Source: Takakia lepidozioides (taxonomy: Eukaryota > Plantae > Bryophyta). Taken from it: DNA of 64,000 bases. The stretch lies in NCBI GenBank assembly GCA_030704615.1, contig CM060733.1, positions 46,376,001 through 46,440,000 of the forward strand, given 5' to 3'. Positions 11,220 to 23,599 of the stretch are shown piece by piece (within the stretch, counting starts at the first letter, position 1; each line of letters starts with the position of its first letter). A model generated the notes under the pieces. It saw nothing but the letters and a program-made list of their open reading frames with translations. It was not told the DNA's origin and did no database searches. A program made the translations under genes and the position numbers.

Positions 11220-13050
11220 CAATGCTGCACGTGTAGCTCTCCCCAATGGCATAGTAACCTCCGCCTCGGTAACAGTCGGGCGAGAACTAGTGCCATGGAT
11301 GGCGTTGACACAGTCTCCGCCAATGTGAATGACTGAGGAAGCCTTGCCTGACGGCTTGCCTCCCCACGCTGTGGATCCAATTCCACCTCTGCACCTCGTG
11401 GCTCAGGAACTCGTGCTGCTCCTCGAGTCACGGCTGCAGCAGACTCCACCTGCTCTAGTGGTAGTGCTGCTCCGCACATAAATCCCATGCCTCCCATATC
11501 TCCTCCCTCAGGAGCAGGAGGTGGACCATCCCGCCTGGGAGCCGGTACCGCCTGAGCTATAGCCATGGCAGCGAGCCTCTGCTCTAGCTGCTGAAGCCGG
11601 TTGGCCATGCCTTGATCAACGCTTTGACCTCCGCGTCCTTGGCCATGTTGAGCTTGCCCTTGGCCTGCACTCGTGCCCGACCACCTCGTCCTCTCTGGGC
11701 TGGTCCACCTCGCCCCCGGCCACCATTGTTCCCTTGGAACTGGCCTGGGCAACTCAGGATGTAAGTCATAACACTGGGCATCTCCATGCCCATATTGCCA
11801 CAATGCCCACACTGCAACTGTGCAGGCTGTGCTTGTGCCGGCCTTCTGCCACTCTCTGGGCAATCTCTCTTGACATGGGGTCCTCCACATGTCCAACATA
11901 TCACCCCTGGTTGCTGTTGGCCTGCAAAAGATGCCACGGGCCTCTGCACCTGAGGTCCCCTGTAAGCTCCATGGAACTTGGGCTGGGCAACCTTGCCCCC
12001 CTGACCACGCTGTTGGGCAGTCCCTTGTGCTTGTGGGCTGACAGCTGTGCCCCGTACAGGCATGTCCTTACCAAATCCAATTGTAACAACTCGCTCCTCC
12101 ACCATGTTGAGCTCAATCCGCTCAGCCAGCAGAAACACATCTGCTAATGTGGGTTGGGCTGCTTGTAACAGGGTTGCATCTCGCACCCTTCTCTTGAGCT
12201 CCTTGTCCAGAATTCCATACCAAAACTGGATTGCCTGAGCTTCAGTAACCCCTTGGGTCACACTTATCAAGCGCCTCATACGAGTGTACGCCTCTCGCAG
12301 GCTCTCACTGGGTTTGCGCTGGAAGTTTGCAAACTTCGCAGCTTCTGTCCGTACACCTGGTAGTTCCTCCGCAACTCCTGGAAGAACTCCACCACCGGGT
12401 TGAATCTAGGCAACATGTGTTGTAGCTGTGGCAGGAGGAGTAGTAGCACCTTCTGAACTGGTACCACTGCAGAGAGTACCAGCACTACCAGCTCCACTAC
12501 TAGTGCTGGCAGTGGGAGCTATTGGTACTGATGCAGCTACTGGTCGCGTCATGCCTCGAGTAATGGAGATGTAGTCAGGTGACCAATACATCCTCCACTC
12601 CTCAATCTTGCTTCATGTCCTGTCCCCGCCTGAACTCGTGGTAATCGTCCATAGGCGGGCCTTCCAAATGCTGGAACAGTCCCCTTCCACGCCATGAATG
12701 GGGTGAATAGATGTGGATTGCGCATCTGCTGCAAATCACACCAGCTGTCGAACTCCTGGATAAAGTCATCCAACTCGATTGTGCCCACAGCTCCAGAGTA
12801 CCTACGAGGCCCCTTGGTAGCTCCATACATCTCCTCCATGTCGTCCCACAACAATGGCGAATGAAAGTGCACACCTGTGATATGAGCCTCCGAGCCTGTG
12901 TCTGACTCTACAGTACTTGAGGGTGGCGGTGAAGGTGGTCTGAACCGAATACGCGTCTTGTGAACCCAAAAAACTCTCACTGTTATGCCTGGCCTGTAGC
13001 CGTACTCCCCTCAAAACCCTTGGGTAACTCCGTAATGACACTCACTATGT
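11220..13050 (-). pseudogene. gag: Gag (frameshifted), two CCHC zinc knuckles
   Basis: CWTCGGPHVKRDC and CGHCG..GH...C; capsid-like segment LDDFIQEFDSWC...LREAYTRMRRL; collinear with 43087-44800. Confidence 0.8.
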
Positions 13051-13444
13051 CCACCGTGATGTCAATTCTGCTCGATGGCCTCTTCCGTGCTAAGGTGTTC
13101 ATCTGACACAATGTGAGAGGGAGGGGGCAGGGTGGGGGGCTAGCTAAGAAGACATGATCAGTACAAACGACCGAAGCAGTTGCTTGAAGGGGCTCCATTG
13201 ATTGAACAAATCACGCAGTTAAGACAGGATCTTGGGCATTAGGCCATCGCTGTTTGGTGGTATTCGTGACGCTTGGCACCAGACTGCGAAGTTTTCTTTC
13301 CTACACCGACCATAGCAATCCCCGACTCCCAGTTTTAAAGCTCCTGCATATGTAGAGATCCGTCCTCGGAATTACGGGTATTCCGCATGAAACATGTAGG
13401 GTACGCCAAAAATACTTGTATTTATTGAAATACATTTGGAGCTT

Positions 13445-14382
13445 TGCTTTGATCCAATTTAAATTATACAGAGCCTGTTTTTGCCATAACTTGGTCATAC
13501 AAAGGCTGTTTGACCTCAAATTTGCACAGGGACCTACAGAAAGGGAAATCTACCTATCTAAACCTGGTTTTGTTTTGGGACTCTGCTAAAATCTATGGAA
13601 TTTTTAGAGTGTGAGTGTGCCACGAAATCCCAATCCTGTTTCTAGAACCTGTGCTGGCCTATATGAGAGACAAACCTGTGGATGTACTCCCTGTATGGCT
13701 GGGGGAAATGAGGATGTAATGAAGGGCAGGTCTCTTCTCTTAGCCTGTGCACACAAGGGGACAGGATCTATGTTCCCAAGGAACTCAGACTGATTTGAGT
13801 GGAGAACAGTTGGACGAGTTGATTGCATACTGGGAGTCAGGCATTAGCAGTAGACAACAGACTGCTGTAGTTGGCATTGAGGGCCTCAATATCGCCTTGG
13901 ACAGTTCAGAACTCTGTTGGAGCCAGCATTCTGCAGCTGTAGGTGAAACCAAAGTGGGTGAAAGCTAGGCTTGGAACACAGCCAAGACAGCACCGGGGAC
14001 CAAGGTGTTCAGCCACAAGGCCGTGGTACTGGAGCAGAGGAGCAGGAGCTGCACAAGTTGTGCAATTAGACAGTGTTTGCAGTCGGACACGCGCTGCACA
14101 AGGCAACCACGAGCGGGGGTTCATTAGCGAGGACAAGTTTGTTCTGTTTGAAGGCGATGCAGTCATTCGCAATGAAGACACCCGCAACCGTCTCAAAGCT
14201 TTCGAGTTGAGAGACTATCAGACCCTACCTTTGTTTTCTTTAGTGTTCAGTGAGCGGGAGATAGCAGAGTGTTGCTTTGTCTCTACCTGGCAGAAAGAGG
14301 AGGAGGGTTGGTTAGAGCGAGCTACTGTAGCTTGGGACAAGGTTAGTGGCAGGTTTCTGGACATAGATATACCTCCTACACC
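13445..14382 (+). repeat. About 0.95-kb dispersed repeat 'X' (second copy 41565-42512)
   Basis: High nucleotide similarity to the second copy; shared translation GFISEDKFVLFEGDAVIRNEDTRNRLKAF...DIDIPPTP. Confidence 0.85.
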
Positions 14383-14462
14383 TAGACTACTTTATTGTGC
14401 ATATATGTGTGGTGTGGTTTGGACAGCGATGTAGTTGTGTAGCGATATGTATGCGCACGACA
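14382..14462 (+). repeat. 81-bp inverted copy of the DNMT-Gypsy LTR segment
   Basis: Reverse complement of 5431-5511; ends GACA followed by AAGC. Confidence 0.9.
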
Positions 14463-14799
14463 AAGCCCTCAACACACTCCCTCTCAATACCTAGAGCTAT
14501 GGAGGTGAGTGAGGCTCATAGAGGCTCAACTACAAGAAGATGAGTCTTCCTCAACACTCACAAGGAGAAAACCCCTTTCCCATATCCCAAGTGAGGCCTG
14601 ACACCTCACTTGGCATATGAGACCAAATGAAGTCCCAACACACAAAATATAAATATAAATATCCAAAATGTCATAATTAACAAATAGATAATTCTAGTTA
14701 ACAAGTAGGTATTTCTAGTTAACCATGACTAAAACCATGACACATCGGTTACTGGGTGTTCCCGGACACCGGATTTCTTTATAGGGCCCACCCCCGAAA

Positions 14800-15528
14800 T
14801 GTCGCGGCCCTTTGCCTTGAGGCGGGGGGGGTCGGGACACATGAGGGGCTGCCCCTGTGGTGGGGGCAGCGGCAGTGATAGGTATGGGGGGGGGGGCTGA
14901 ATCACCCTTGAGTGTCCAAGGCACTCAAGGAGGCGGAGGCGCTCACTAGGTGGAGCCCTGCACACCGGATTGCGGTGGGGGTGGCTCCACAAGGGGTGGT
15001 GGTAGCTTAGCGGGGTCTTAGTGGGGGTGGCATAGGACTCACCATAGGGTGGAGACCTCGTGGTGGGAGTCATGGGGAGTCTTGGACTCATCACGGCCAA
15101 TGGGGTCGTGGTGAGAGGGCCAGACTCACCGCGACTCACCACCGGGAGTCGAGGGTCTTCGTGGTGGTTCGCCATAAAATGACATGGCTGGTTGTGAAAC
15201 CCCCGCGGACAGCTACAGAAGTATATATAGGGAGTAGTAACCCCGAGAACGGTGCAAGCCCGTTGGTGTCCAAAAACTAGTGAGTAAGCAAGCGAGCCGG
15301 AAAGCGACCAAAGAGTGGGGAGCTGTTCTGGACTGCCATCTACCAAAGGGAATTCCACTAGGCCCAAATAGGTGGAGGGTCTTTCGGGAGAGCGAAGGGG
15401 GACCGTTATGTCCCGGTGAGCAGCCGAAGCTCTGAGTTGGCCCGGCAGCCAGGTTGGGAGTCAGGCGCGCGCATCAAAGCGAGTAACTATGACTTGAAGG
15501 GGAGCTTACCGAAGTGAGGTGCGTGACA
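14800..15528 (+). repeat. 5' LTR
   Basis: Near-identical to 21023-21751; differences are a small number of substitutions (mostly transitions) and homopolymer indels. Confidence 0.95.
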
Positions 15529-15530
15529 CT

Positions 15531-15542
15531 TGGTATCAGAGC
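15531..15542 (+). promoter_or_regulatory. Primer binding site, initiator tRNA-Met
   Basis: TGGTATCAGAGC 2 nt after the LTR end. Confidence 0.92.
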
Positions 15543-15582
15543 TTAGAGTTCAGTACGCGATCGTCCTTGGGATTGGCCTCAT

Positions 15583-18500
15583 CATGGGGTCGGGCAAGCC
15601 AAAGCGAAAGCGGAACGGCCCAAAAGATGATGATCCTGGTGAGCCGATGGGGGCCGTGTCACCGAGGCGGCCGTTTGAGGAAGCGATGAATGTTTCCGAA
15701 AAGGCAAGCCCGCTCAGGAGCGGGAAGAATCCGAGGAGTCGGAGCCGAGGAATCCTTGAGAGCTCCGACAAACCAAGAGATGTCTCCCATGTCGGCAGCC
15801 TTTTGGGAAGGGTTGTTGGCGCAGTTTGGCGGGACGTTGAAAGACGTGTTGAAGGCGGCTAATGCCACTTCCACTAAGGCAAAGTTTAAGGTGAAGCCTA
15901 AGGAACCCCGCACCTTCGAGGGCGTTCGAAACCGGAAGGCACTCAAACCTGGCTCCTGGAGCTAGAGCAGTACTTCCGGCGGCCAAGTTGAGTGACGAGG
16001 ATCGGGTGGAAGTGGCTCCCACCTATTTGAGGGGCTATGCTCAACAATGGTGGCAGAAACGCCTTCACGACCGAGGCCAAGCCCGGAAACCTTGAACTGG
16101 AGTGGGTTCAAGGAATTGATGAAGAGACAGTTTGTGCCCCTCAACGCATCCTGGCTTGCCCGGGACAAGATGAGGAATTTGAAGCAAACAGATGACATCG
16201 GGCGGGGGTATGTCCAGGCTTTCAATGTGCTGTTGCTCGAAGTCGCGGACATGGCAGAACCAGAATGGTCTTCAACTTTGTGGCGGGACTGGCCCCATGG
16301 GCTAGGCGGAAGTTGGAGGAGAAGCCACCCAAGACTTTGAACGAGGCAATTGAGAGGGCTGAATGTTTCTCTCGATGTCCCTAGGGGTGAGAGACAAGGC
16401 CGTACGGAGCTGAACCACAAGAAGACCCGCGGGAAGATGACTCCTTCCGACCGGAAAAGAAGTGGGATAGGCCACGCGGCGATAATGGCACGTGGAAATC
16501 GAAGGGAGGGCCTTCACATGTCAAGGCGGCACCCGGTGATTCGAAAGGAAAAGCGGGTGGAGCGGCTTATGGCGGACAGAAGGCAACCTTTGATGGAGTG
16601 TGTTTCAATTGCGGGAGCCCGGGCACATGGCCAAGAAGTGCACAAAACCTCGACAATGAACATGACTCGGGCAACCACGGAGCTGTCGGAAGATACAATC
16701 AGTCGCGTGGTGGAAGCGGTGGTCACCAGGACTTGCAAGGTAGGCAACTCTTGTTGTGAGTTGTATCAGGAAACTGGCGCCCTGCGTAAAGGGAGTCAGT
16801 TATTGTTCGTGGATGGGATAATATCCGGAACTAACGTGTCGTTGTTGGTGGACACAAGCGGTCGCACTCCTTCATGACGCCGGCGACAGGCGAAAGTTGG
16901 GACTCCCGACAAGTGACTGGGGGCCTCTATTGAGGTGCGCTCTGCCAAAGGAGAACCTCAGTTGGCGACAAGGTTGGCGTTTGATGTTCCTCTTCAACTG
17001 GGGAGTTGGGAGGGACGTGAGAACTTCACTATCTGCGAGATCGATGGAGTGGATCTCATTTTGGGGATGACTTTTTTGAGCAAATCCGGAGCGGTCATAG
17101 ATGGCCGCAAAAGAGTAGTCACGCTGCCATGTGGGAATGGTGGCGAGGTTTTACGAGTGTCGGAAACGCCCAAATCCGTGGGAGGGCAAATAAACCTTCT
17201 GTCAGCAAAGGAGTGGGCCGTGGAGGAGGCACACGAGTCCCAATTTGCTTTACATTAGAGAAGTGAAAGGAGAAGGCGATGGGGAGCCGAGCCCAGATTG
17301 GATCAAGGGGATTTTGGAGAAATACCAGGATGTGATGCCGGAGGATTTACCAAGCGGCTGCCACCGCGAGAGGAGTTGACCACAAGATTGAGGTGATACC
17401 GGGATCGGAACCGCCTGCCAAGGCGCCCTACCGGTTGAGCCACAGAGAGTTGGTCGAGCTGAAGACTCAGCTCAAGGATCTAATGTCAAAGGGGTACATC
17501 CGGCCGAGTAAGTCACCTTACGGAGCCCCGGTGCTATTCGCAGACAAGAAGGATGGGACGCTGCGGATGTGTGTCGATTACAGGGCTTTGAATAAGGTGA
17601 CTATCAAAAACCGGTACCCTTTGCCAAGGATCGACGACCTTTTCGATCGGTTGGCAGGAGCGAAGTATTTCAGCAGCCGGATCGACTTGCGCTCCGGCTA
17701 TCATCAAATTCGGGTGGCGGAAGGTATGAGGAGAAGACCGCGTGCAGGACAGGTATGGTTCATATGAGTTTTTGGTGATGCCTTTTGGGCTCACCAATGC
17801 ACCAGCGACATTTAGCACGCTGATGAACAGCCTTTTTCCAGGAGTGGTTGGATGACTTTGTGATCGTGTACATCGACGACATCTTGGTGTACTCGAAAAC
17901 AAAGGAGGAGCACCTGGAGCACCTCAAAAGGGTGTTCCAAAATTGCGAGAAGGGAGCTGTATGCCAAAGCTTCAAAGTGCGAATTCGGGGTCACAAAAGT
18001 GGAGTTCCTGGGGCATGTGATTACACAGGATGGATCAAAATGGATGACAGAAAGGTGAGGGCGATCTTGGACTTGGGAGCTCTCCCCTCCGACTTCGGTC
18101 CCGGGAGTGCGATCCTTCCTAGGACCACCTCCTATTACCGATTACCGGAAGATGTTCGAATTTCGCCAAGATCGCGGTGCCGTTGTCGGACTTCTGTGTA
18201 AATCTAAAGTCTGGGCATGGAACACCTTTTGTGGCCAAGCTTTGCTGAATTGAAGCAGCGGATGCGGAAGCTCCAGTCTTGAAAATCCCGGAGTTCGATC
18301 GTCTTGAGATTCATACAGATGCCTCGGACTTCGCGATTGGGGGTGTCTTATGCAAGATGGACGTCTAGTGGCTTACGAAAGTAAGAAACTGAATGAAGTG
18401 GAGCGACGGTGGCCGACGCACGAAAAAGTATGAAGGCGGTGGTGCATTGCCTGAGCTTTGGCACCACTATGTTGGTTCCAACCCAGTGAAGGTGTTCACG

Positions 18501-20127
18501 GACAATGTCACAGTGAAGTATTTTGCCACGCAGCCACAAGGTTGTCGCCCAAAACAACTTAGGTGGCAAGATACTTTGGGCGTGTTCGACGTGGATATCT
18601 AGTACAAACCGGGACGGGAAATGTGGTGGCCGATGCTTTAAATAGAAAGCAGCAGCTCGTGTTGGTGTACAAGGGCGATCGGCACTCCAAAGGAAGATCC
18701 GGAAGGCCTTGCCGGAGGATGAGCTGGCTAAGTCCGTGAATGCAGGATTGAGGATGGGGGTTAATCGTAGTTCCACTTGCAAAATGGACTGCTCCGGTAT
18801 AAGCAAAAACGTCTCTACGTGCCAAAGGGAGGGATCAGAGATAGCCTCCTTGAGAGAATGTCATGATAGCCCACTTGCGGGCCACCGGAGCCAAGCGCAC
18901 TACGGCACTCTTGAAAAAGGGTATTTCTGGCCCAAACTGAGGGAGGAGGCAGAGGAGTATGTCAAGACATGCACCACATGCAACAAAACCGGAGCGAGTA
19001 CAAAAGCAAGCGGGGCTGTTACAACCCTTCCGATTCCAGAGGGGACTTGGGAAAGCGTCTCGATGGATTTTTGACTGCTTATGCCGCTATCAAAGGATTC
19101 GATGCAATCATGGTGGTGGTGGATGGTTCATTAAAATGGCCATTTCATCCCCACCAAGGAGACGGCAACGGCGCAGGAGACAGGGCGACTTTACTTCGCC
19201 CACGTCTTAAAGCATCATGGAGTCCCGAAGGATATTGTCTCGGACCGCGATCCAAAGTTTACGAGTAAATTCTGGAGAGCACTTTGGAAGAAGATGGGGA
19301 CGAGGCTGAAGATGAGCACCGCCTTCCGACCTATGACGGACGGCCAAACGGAAAGAGTGAATTCCGTAGTGAAGCAATTCTTGCGGAATTACGTATCGGC
19401 AGACCAATCAGACTGGATGGAACACTTAGACGCGGCAGAGTTCTGTTATAATAACACAGAACACTCCGCAACGGGAGTTTCCCCTTTCGTATTGGTCTAT
19501 GGAAAAGCACCTCTGGTGCCGACAAGTTGGGCCGCCCAGGACGTTGAGGAACCGGAAGTAGCGGCGGTACTGGAAGAACGCGAGCGTTTGTTGAAGCTCG
19601 CAAAGTACAATATTGCCAAAGCTAGGAAACGCTATGAAAGGCAGGCGAATCGGAAGCGGAGGGAAGTGAAGTTTGAGGCAGGCACAGAGGTCTGGTTGAA
19701 CATCAAGAATTTTCGACTACCTCCGGAAGTGAGTCCGAAGTTCGTACCTCCGTATGCGGGACCCTTTCGCATTCGGAAGGTTATGAATGAGGATGTGTAT
19801 GAATTGGAGCTACCGGCAAACAGCAAAGTGCACCCAGTATTCCATGTCTCCCTTTTGAAGCCTTACTTCAAAGATGAAGCGCGTCCGAATCGGCATCAAG
19901 TGTTGCGTCCGCCACCTATGCTGTTGGATCATGAAAATGAACCTGAGTACGAGGTGGAGGCAATACTTAAGTCGAGGAGGTTCAGGAACCGAGAAACGGA
20001 GTATCTCGTCAAATGGAAGGGCTATCATCATGTGAAGGCATCTTGGGTGCGTGCCTCAGAAATGGGAAACGCATCCGAGGCGGTTGCAGCTTTCGAAGGG
20101 CGACCTCAAAAGCGGAAGAAGCGTTGA
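15583..20127 (+). pseudogene. Chromovirus gag-pol, multiply frameshifted; IN C-terminus and chromodomain open (19294-20127)
   Basis: [88 protein letters not shown]...YLVKWKGY. Confidence 0.92.
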
Positions 20128-21007
20128 TGGGGACATCAACCTTGGAGCGTGGGGGAGGAAATGCATGCTTAGCCCGGCTTAGCTAGCTTAGGAATCCGAT
20201 TGCAAAAACTTGTATTGTACAAAACGTGCTATAAATGAAATGGATTCCAAATGTTGTGCGTCCTATTTTGTTTGGAATGGTGATGCATGGTATGGTTGGC
20301 TAGTGTGTAGAATGCATGCAAAGTGGGAGAGGTAAATTGGGTTAATCGTGTGTTTGCGTAGTGCCGAAATCGGGTGACCCCCATCCAAGGGGCAAGGAAA
20401 CTTGCGCCTTCTTTGGGAGTTCACGTGCTAGTGCGCACCTGGCGCGTGCGCGTACTATAACTGCGCTACTGAGGGGGTTGCCTTGTAGTGCGGGCTAACG
20501 CGAAAGCTACGTGCTTCCGTTCACGTACTATAATCGTGTAACCTCGGGACGAAGTCGTAGTGCGGCTTTGGCGTGTTCCCGTACCTCAGGCCAGCATTCC
20601 AAGGCGGACCCAATTGTAGTGATTGGGGCGCACGGTTGGTTCAAGGTTATCTTCCTAGTCAAAGAGGGTTCCAGGGAACCATTGCTCAAGATGATGCCAA
20701 AAGCGGCATCATGAGCGGTCGCAAGCAATGTTGTTGCAGTAAGGCGATTCGATCCTCAGGGAGGATCGTTCCTTGGCCTTAAAGTAGGCCAAGAAGAGTG
20801 CACTGGGAGGAGCTTGAGAGGCTCCACCCTTGGCCGGGACTTGGAGAAAGTCGGCCGAACTAGCTAGTGGAGAGTAGAGCCAAGTGTGGGGTTTGGTTCT
20901 TTGCCATGGGACGCCATGGTGCGGAAACAAACTCCTTGATGTGGGACGCCACAACTTGGATGTTCGTTTCTACAAAATGGACAAGTCGATGAGGACATCG
21001 ACTCCCT

Positions 21008-21022
21008 GTTGGTAGGGGTGTG
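21008..21022 (+). promoter_or_regulatory. Polypurine tract before the 3' LTR
   Basis: GTTGGTAGGGGTGTG directly upstream of TGTCGCGG. Confidence 0.6.
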
Positions 21023-21751
21023 TGTCGCGGCCCTTTGCCTTGAGGGCGGGGGGGTCGGGACACATGAGGGGCTGCCCCTGTGGTGGGGGCAGCGGCAGCG
21101 ATAGGTATGGGGGGGGGCTGAAGCACCCTTGAGTGTCCAAGGCACTCAAGGAGGCGGAGGCGCTCACTAGGTGGAGCCCTGCACACCGGGTTGCGGTGGG
21201 GGTGGCTCCACAAGGGGTGGTGGTAGCTTAGCGGGTCTTAGTGGGGGTGGCATAGGACTCACCATAGGGTGGAGACCTCGTGGTGGGAGTCGTGGGGAGT
21301 CTTGGGACTCATCACGGCCCAATGGGGTCGTGGTGAGAGGGCCAAGACTCACCGCGACTCACCACCGGGAGTCGAGGGTCTTCGTGGTGGTTCGCCATAA
21401 AATGGCATGGCTGGTTATGAAACCCCCGCGGACAGTTACAGAAGTATATATAGGGAGTAGTAACCCCGAGAACGGTGCAAGCCCGTTGGTGTCCAAAAAC
21501 TAGTGAGTAAGCAAGCGAGCCGGAAAGCGACCAAAGAGTGGGGAGCTGTTCCGGACTGCCATCTACCAAAGGGAATTCCACTAGGCCCAAATAGGTGGAG
21601 GGTCTTTCGGGAGAGCGAAGGGGGACCGTTATGTCCCGGTGAGCAGCCGAAGCTCCGTGTTGGCCCGGCGGCCAGGTTGGGAGTCAGGTGCGCGCATCAA
21701 AGCGAGTAACTATGACTTGAAGGGGAGCTTACCGAAGTGAGGTGCGTGACA
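21023..21751 (+). repeat. 3' LTR
   Basis: Direct repeat of 14800-15528. Confidence 0.95.
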
Positions 21752-22634
21752 CGAAAGAAGGCAGTAGCCGTAAGGCGAAGTGGCTTTTAGTTACGCCCGT
21801 TCATTGGCCGAAACTTTCGAGTCTTCCTTCTTTCAACATACATATATATCTAAAAAACGGGAGGAAGCACTTTAATTAAATTAAGAAAATATATATACAC
21901 ATTATATACACATGATATACTCATTGATGCAGATGTAGTACCATATCTACCAACTCACCGATAATTTCACAGTTAATATTTTTGTGAGGAACAAGAGTGA
22001 TTTGGATTGACTTCAAAACTTGCCAAATCATTGGCCCACCAGCTTACACATTTTCCTGAAGTGTTTTCCAATGGTATTTGATCCATTAGGGGAGTTGTTA
22101 GGGACCTCCATATACGACCGAAAGTTTCAAACTTGAATGTGAAATAATGTGAAATAATGTGAAATAATGAGAACTAAATGCAAGCACTCTGCACGCATGC
22201 AATCTAATGGTGTTTTGCCGGTTTCATGCAATGTAGCATAGACTACTCCAACAAGCCCCTAAGCAAAAGGCAGGAGGTCATGGGTTCAAACTCACAAAAG
22301 TATATGTTGGATGTCACCCATGGACCATTATGACCAACCAAGCTGTAAAGGGGGACCTGGTGATGGGTATCTCAGGACTTTTAAGTCCTTGGGGGAGGGT
22401 TGGGCAACCGGTTGCCCTGGTTATGGGCATTTACAAGGTGTGGAATCTTCATTTTTCTTATCTTGTAGTCATTTCACTAAATCAGATGTTGATACAGACT
22501 TTGACAACCATATCTATCGATTTCGTTGACATTTGCCAAAGTTATAATGTGATGTAGTGCAACCCATTCCAAACTCCATAGCAGTAACAACGGACATGAT
22601 TAGCATTTTCTGTAAAAAAAAATTGACTAGACGT

Positions 22635-23190
22635 GCTGAAGGCAAGCATAACTTACAGTGTCACTTCATCCCCAAGTCTTACTATTATTTGTTTGAAATA
22701 TGGATATATTCTCTTGGGTATAAAAGAGGCAATGTGGTTGCCCAAACCTCCAACGACTCTATAAAAAGATAAAAAAGATTGACTCCTACTGAAGCAAGCA
22801 TAACTTATGGTGTCACTTCATCCCCAAGTCCTACTATTTTTTGTTGGAAATATGGATATATTCTCTTGGTTATAAACGAGGCAATGAACCTCCAACGACT
22901 CTATAAAAAGATAAAAAACTTGACTCTTACTAAAGCAAGTATAACACTTCACCCCGAAGTCTTATTTGTTTTTTGTTTGAAATATGGATAAATTCTACAG
23001 GTTATAATTGGACAACGTGGTGCCCAACCCTCCAATGACTTTAAAAAAAGAGAAAAAGGTTGACTCTATTGAAGCTAGCATAACTTATGGTGTCACTTCA
23101 TCCCAAAGTCTTAATATTTTCTATTCAAAATTTGGATATATTCTATCGGTGATAACCAAGGCACCCCTGAACCTCCTCCAACGACCCTAG
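22635..23190 (+). repeat. Degenerate tandem repeat, 4 units of about 140-150 bp
   Basis: GCATAACTTATGGTGTCACTTCATCCCCAAGTC...ATATGGATATATTC recurs near 22645, 22795, 22935 and 23075. Confidence 0.8.
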
Positions 23191-23599
23191 AGAAAAAGAA
23201 AGGGAAGATTGTAGCCATGGCTAGCGTGACTAAAGGCATGCTCACTAGCATCCAAGTATTGAAGAGAAAGTGCCAAACAAGACCTCAAGCTGTAACGACT
23301 AAATCCCAAAGATCTTAAGCTCTTTCAAAGAGAACTTTCGAGCCAAATATTCCGACTGCCACAAAAAACGTTAAGATCGTCATGCTCTAAATCACAGAGA
23401 TTAATATCCTCAAGGGCATGTTCTATGTGCATTCTTGTCCATGCATTAACTACGGGATGGCAACAAGAGTTATGCCAGTTATGCGGGAAAGAACAAATGA
23501 GAAGATGAAAAAGCCCTACGGAGAGAGGAGCACCTAAAGCCTTGCCCCCAAAGCCTTCTTTCACTCGTAGCGAGGACACAAATCAATCAGCCACCCAAT

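Larger units (their letters stand above)
5431..13060 (-). mobile_element. Ty3/Gypsy LTR retrotransposon encoding a DNMT3-like methyltransferase and a PHD finger (copy 1)
   Basis: Minus-strand order gag(CCHC)-PR(LDSGA)-DNMT-RT(YIDD)-RNaseH-IN-PHD, then PPT and a TG-initiated LTR segment. No 5' LTR is recognisable. Confidence 0.9.
14800..21751 (+). mobile_element. Full-length Ty3/Gypsy chromovirus LTR retrotransposon
   Basis: Two 729-bp LTRs (TGTC...GACA), TSD CGAAA at 14795-14799 and 21752-21756, PBS, and gag-PR-RT-RH-IN-chromodomain. Confidence 0.97.

Noticed and set aside
13943-14434. Repeat X ORF as a functional gene
   Set aside because: The second copy has indels and a stop, and no domain is recognisable.
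3331-14462. Bona fide DIRS/tyrosine-recombinase element
   Set aside because: The repeat geometry is reminiscent, but no tyrosine recombinase is visible, and the pol has a DDE integrase with a PPT.
14729-15367. 212-aa ORF and similar Pro-rich ORFs at 20860-21590 and 26544-27000
   Set aside because: They lie inside GC-rich LTRs, and the frames are not conserved between LTR copies.
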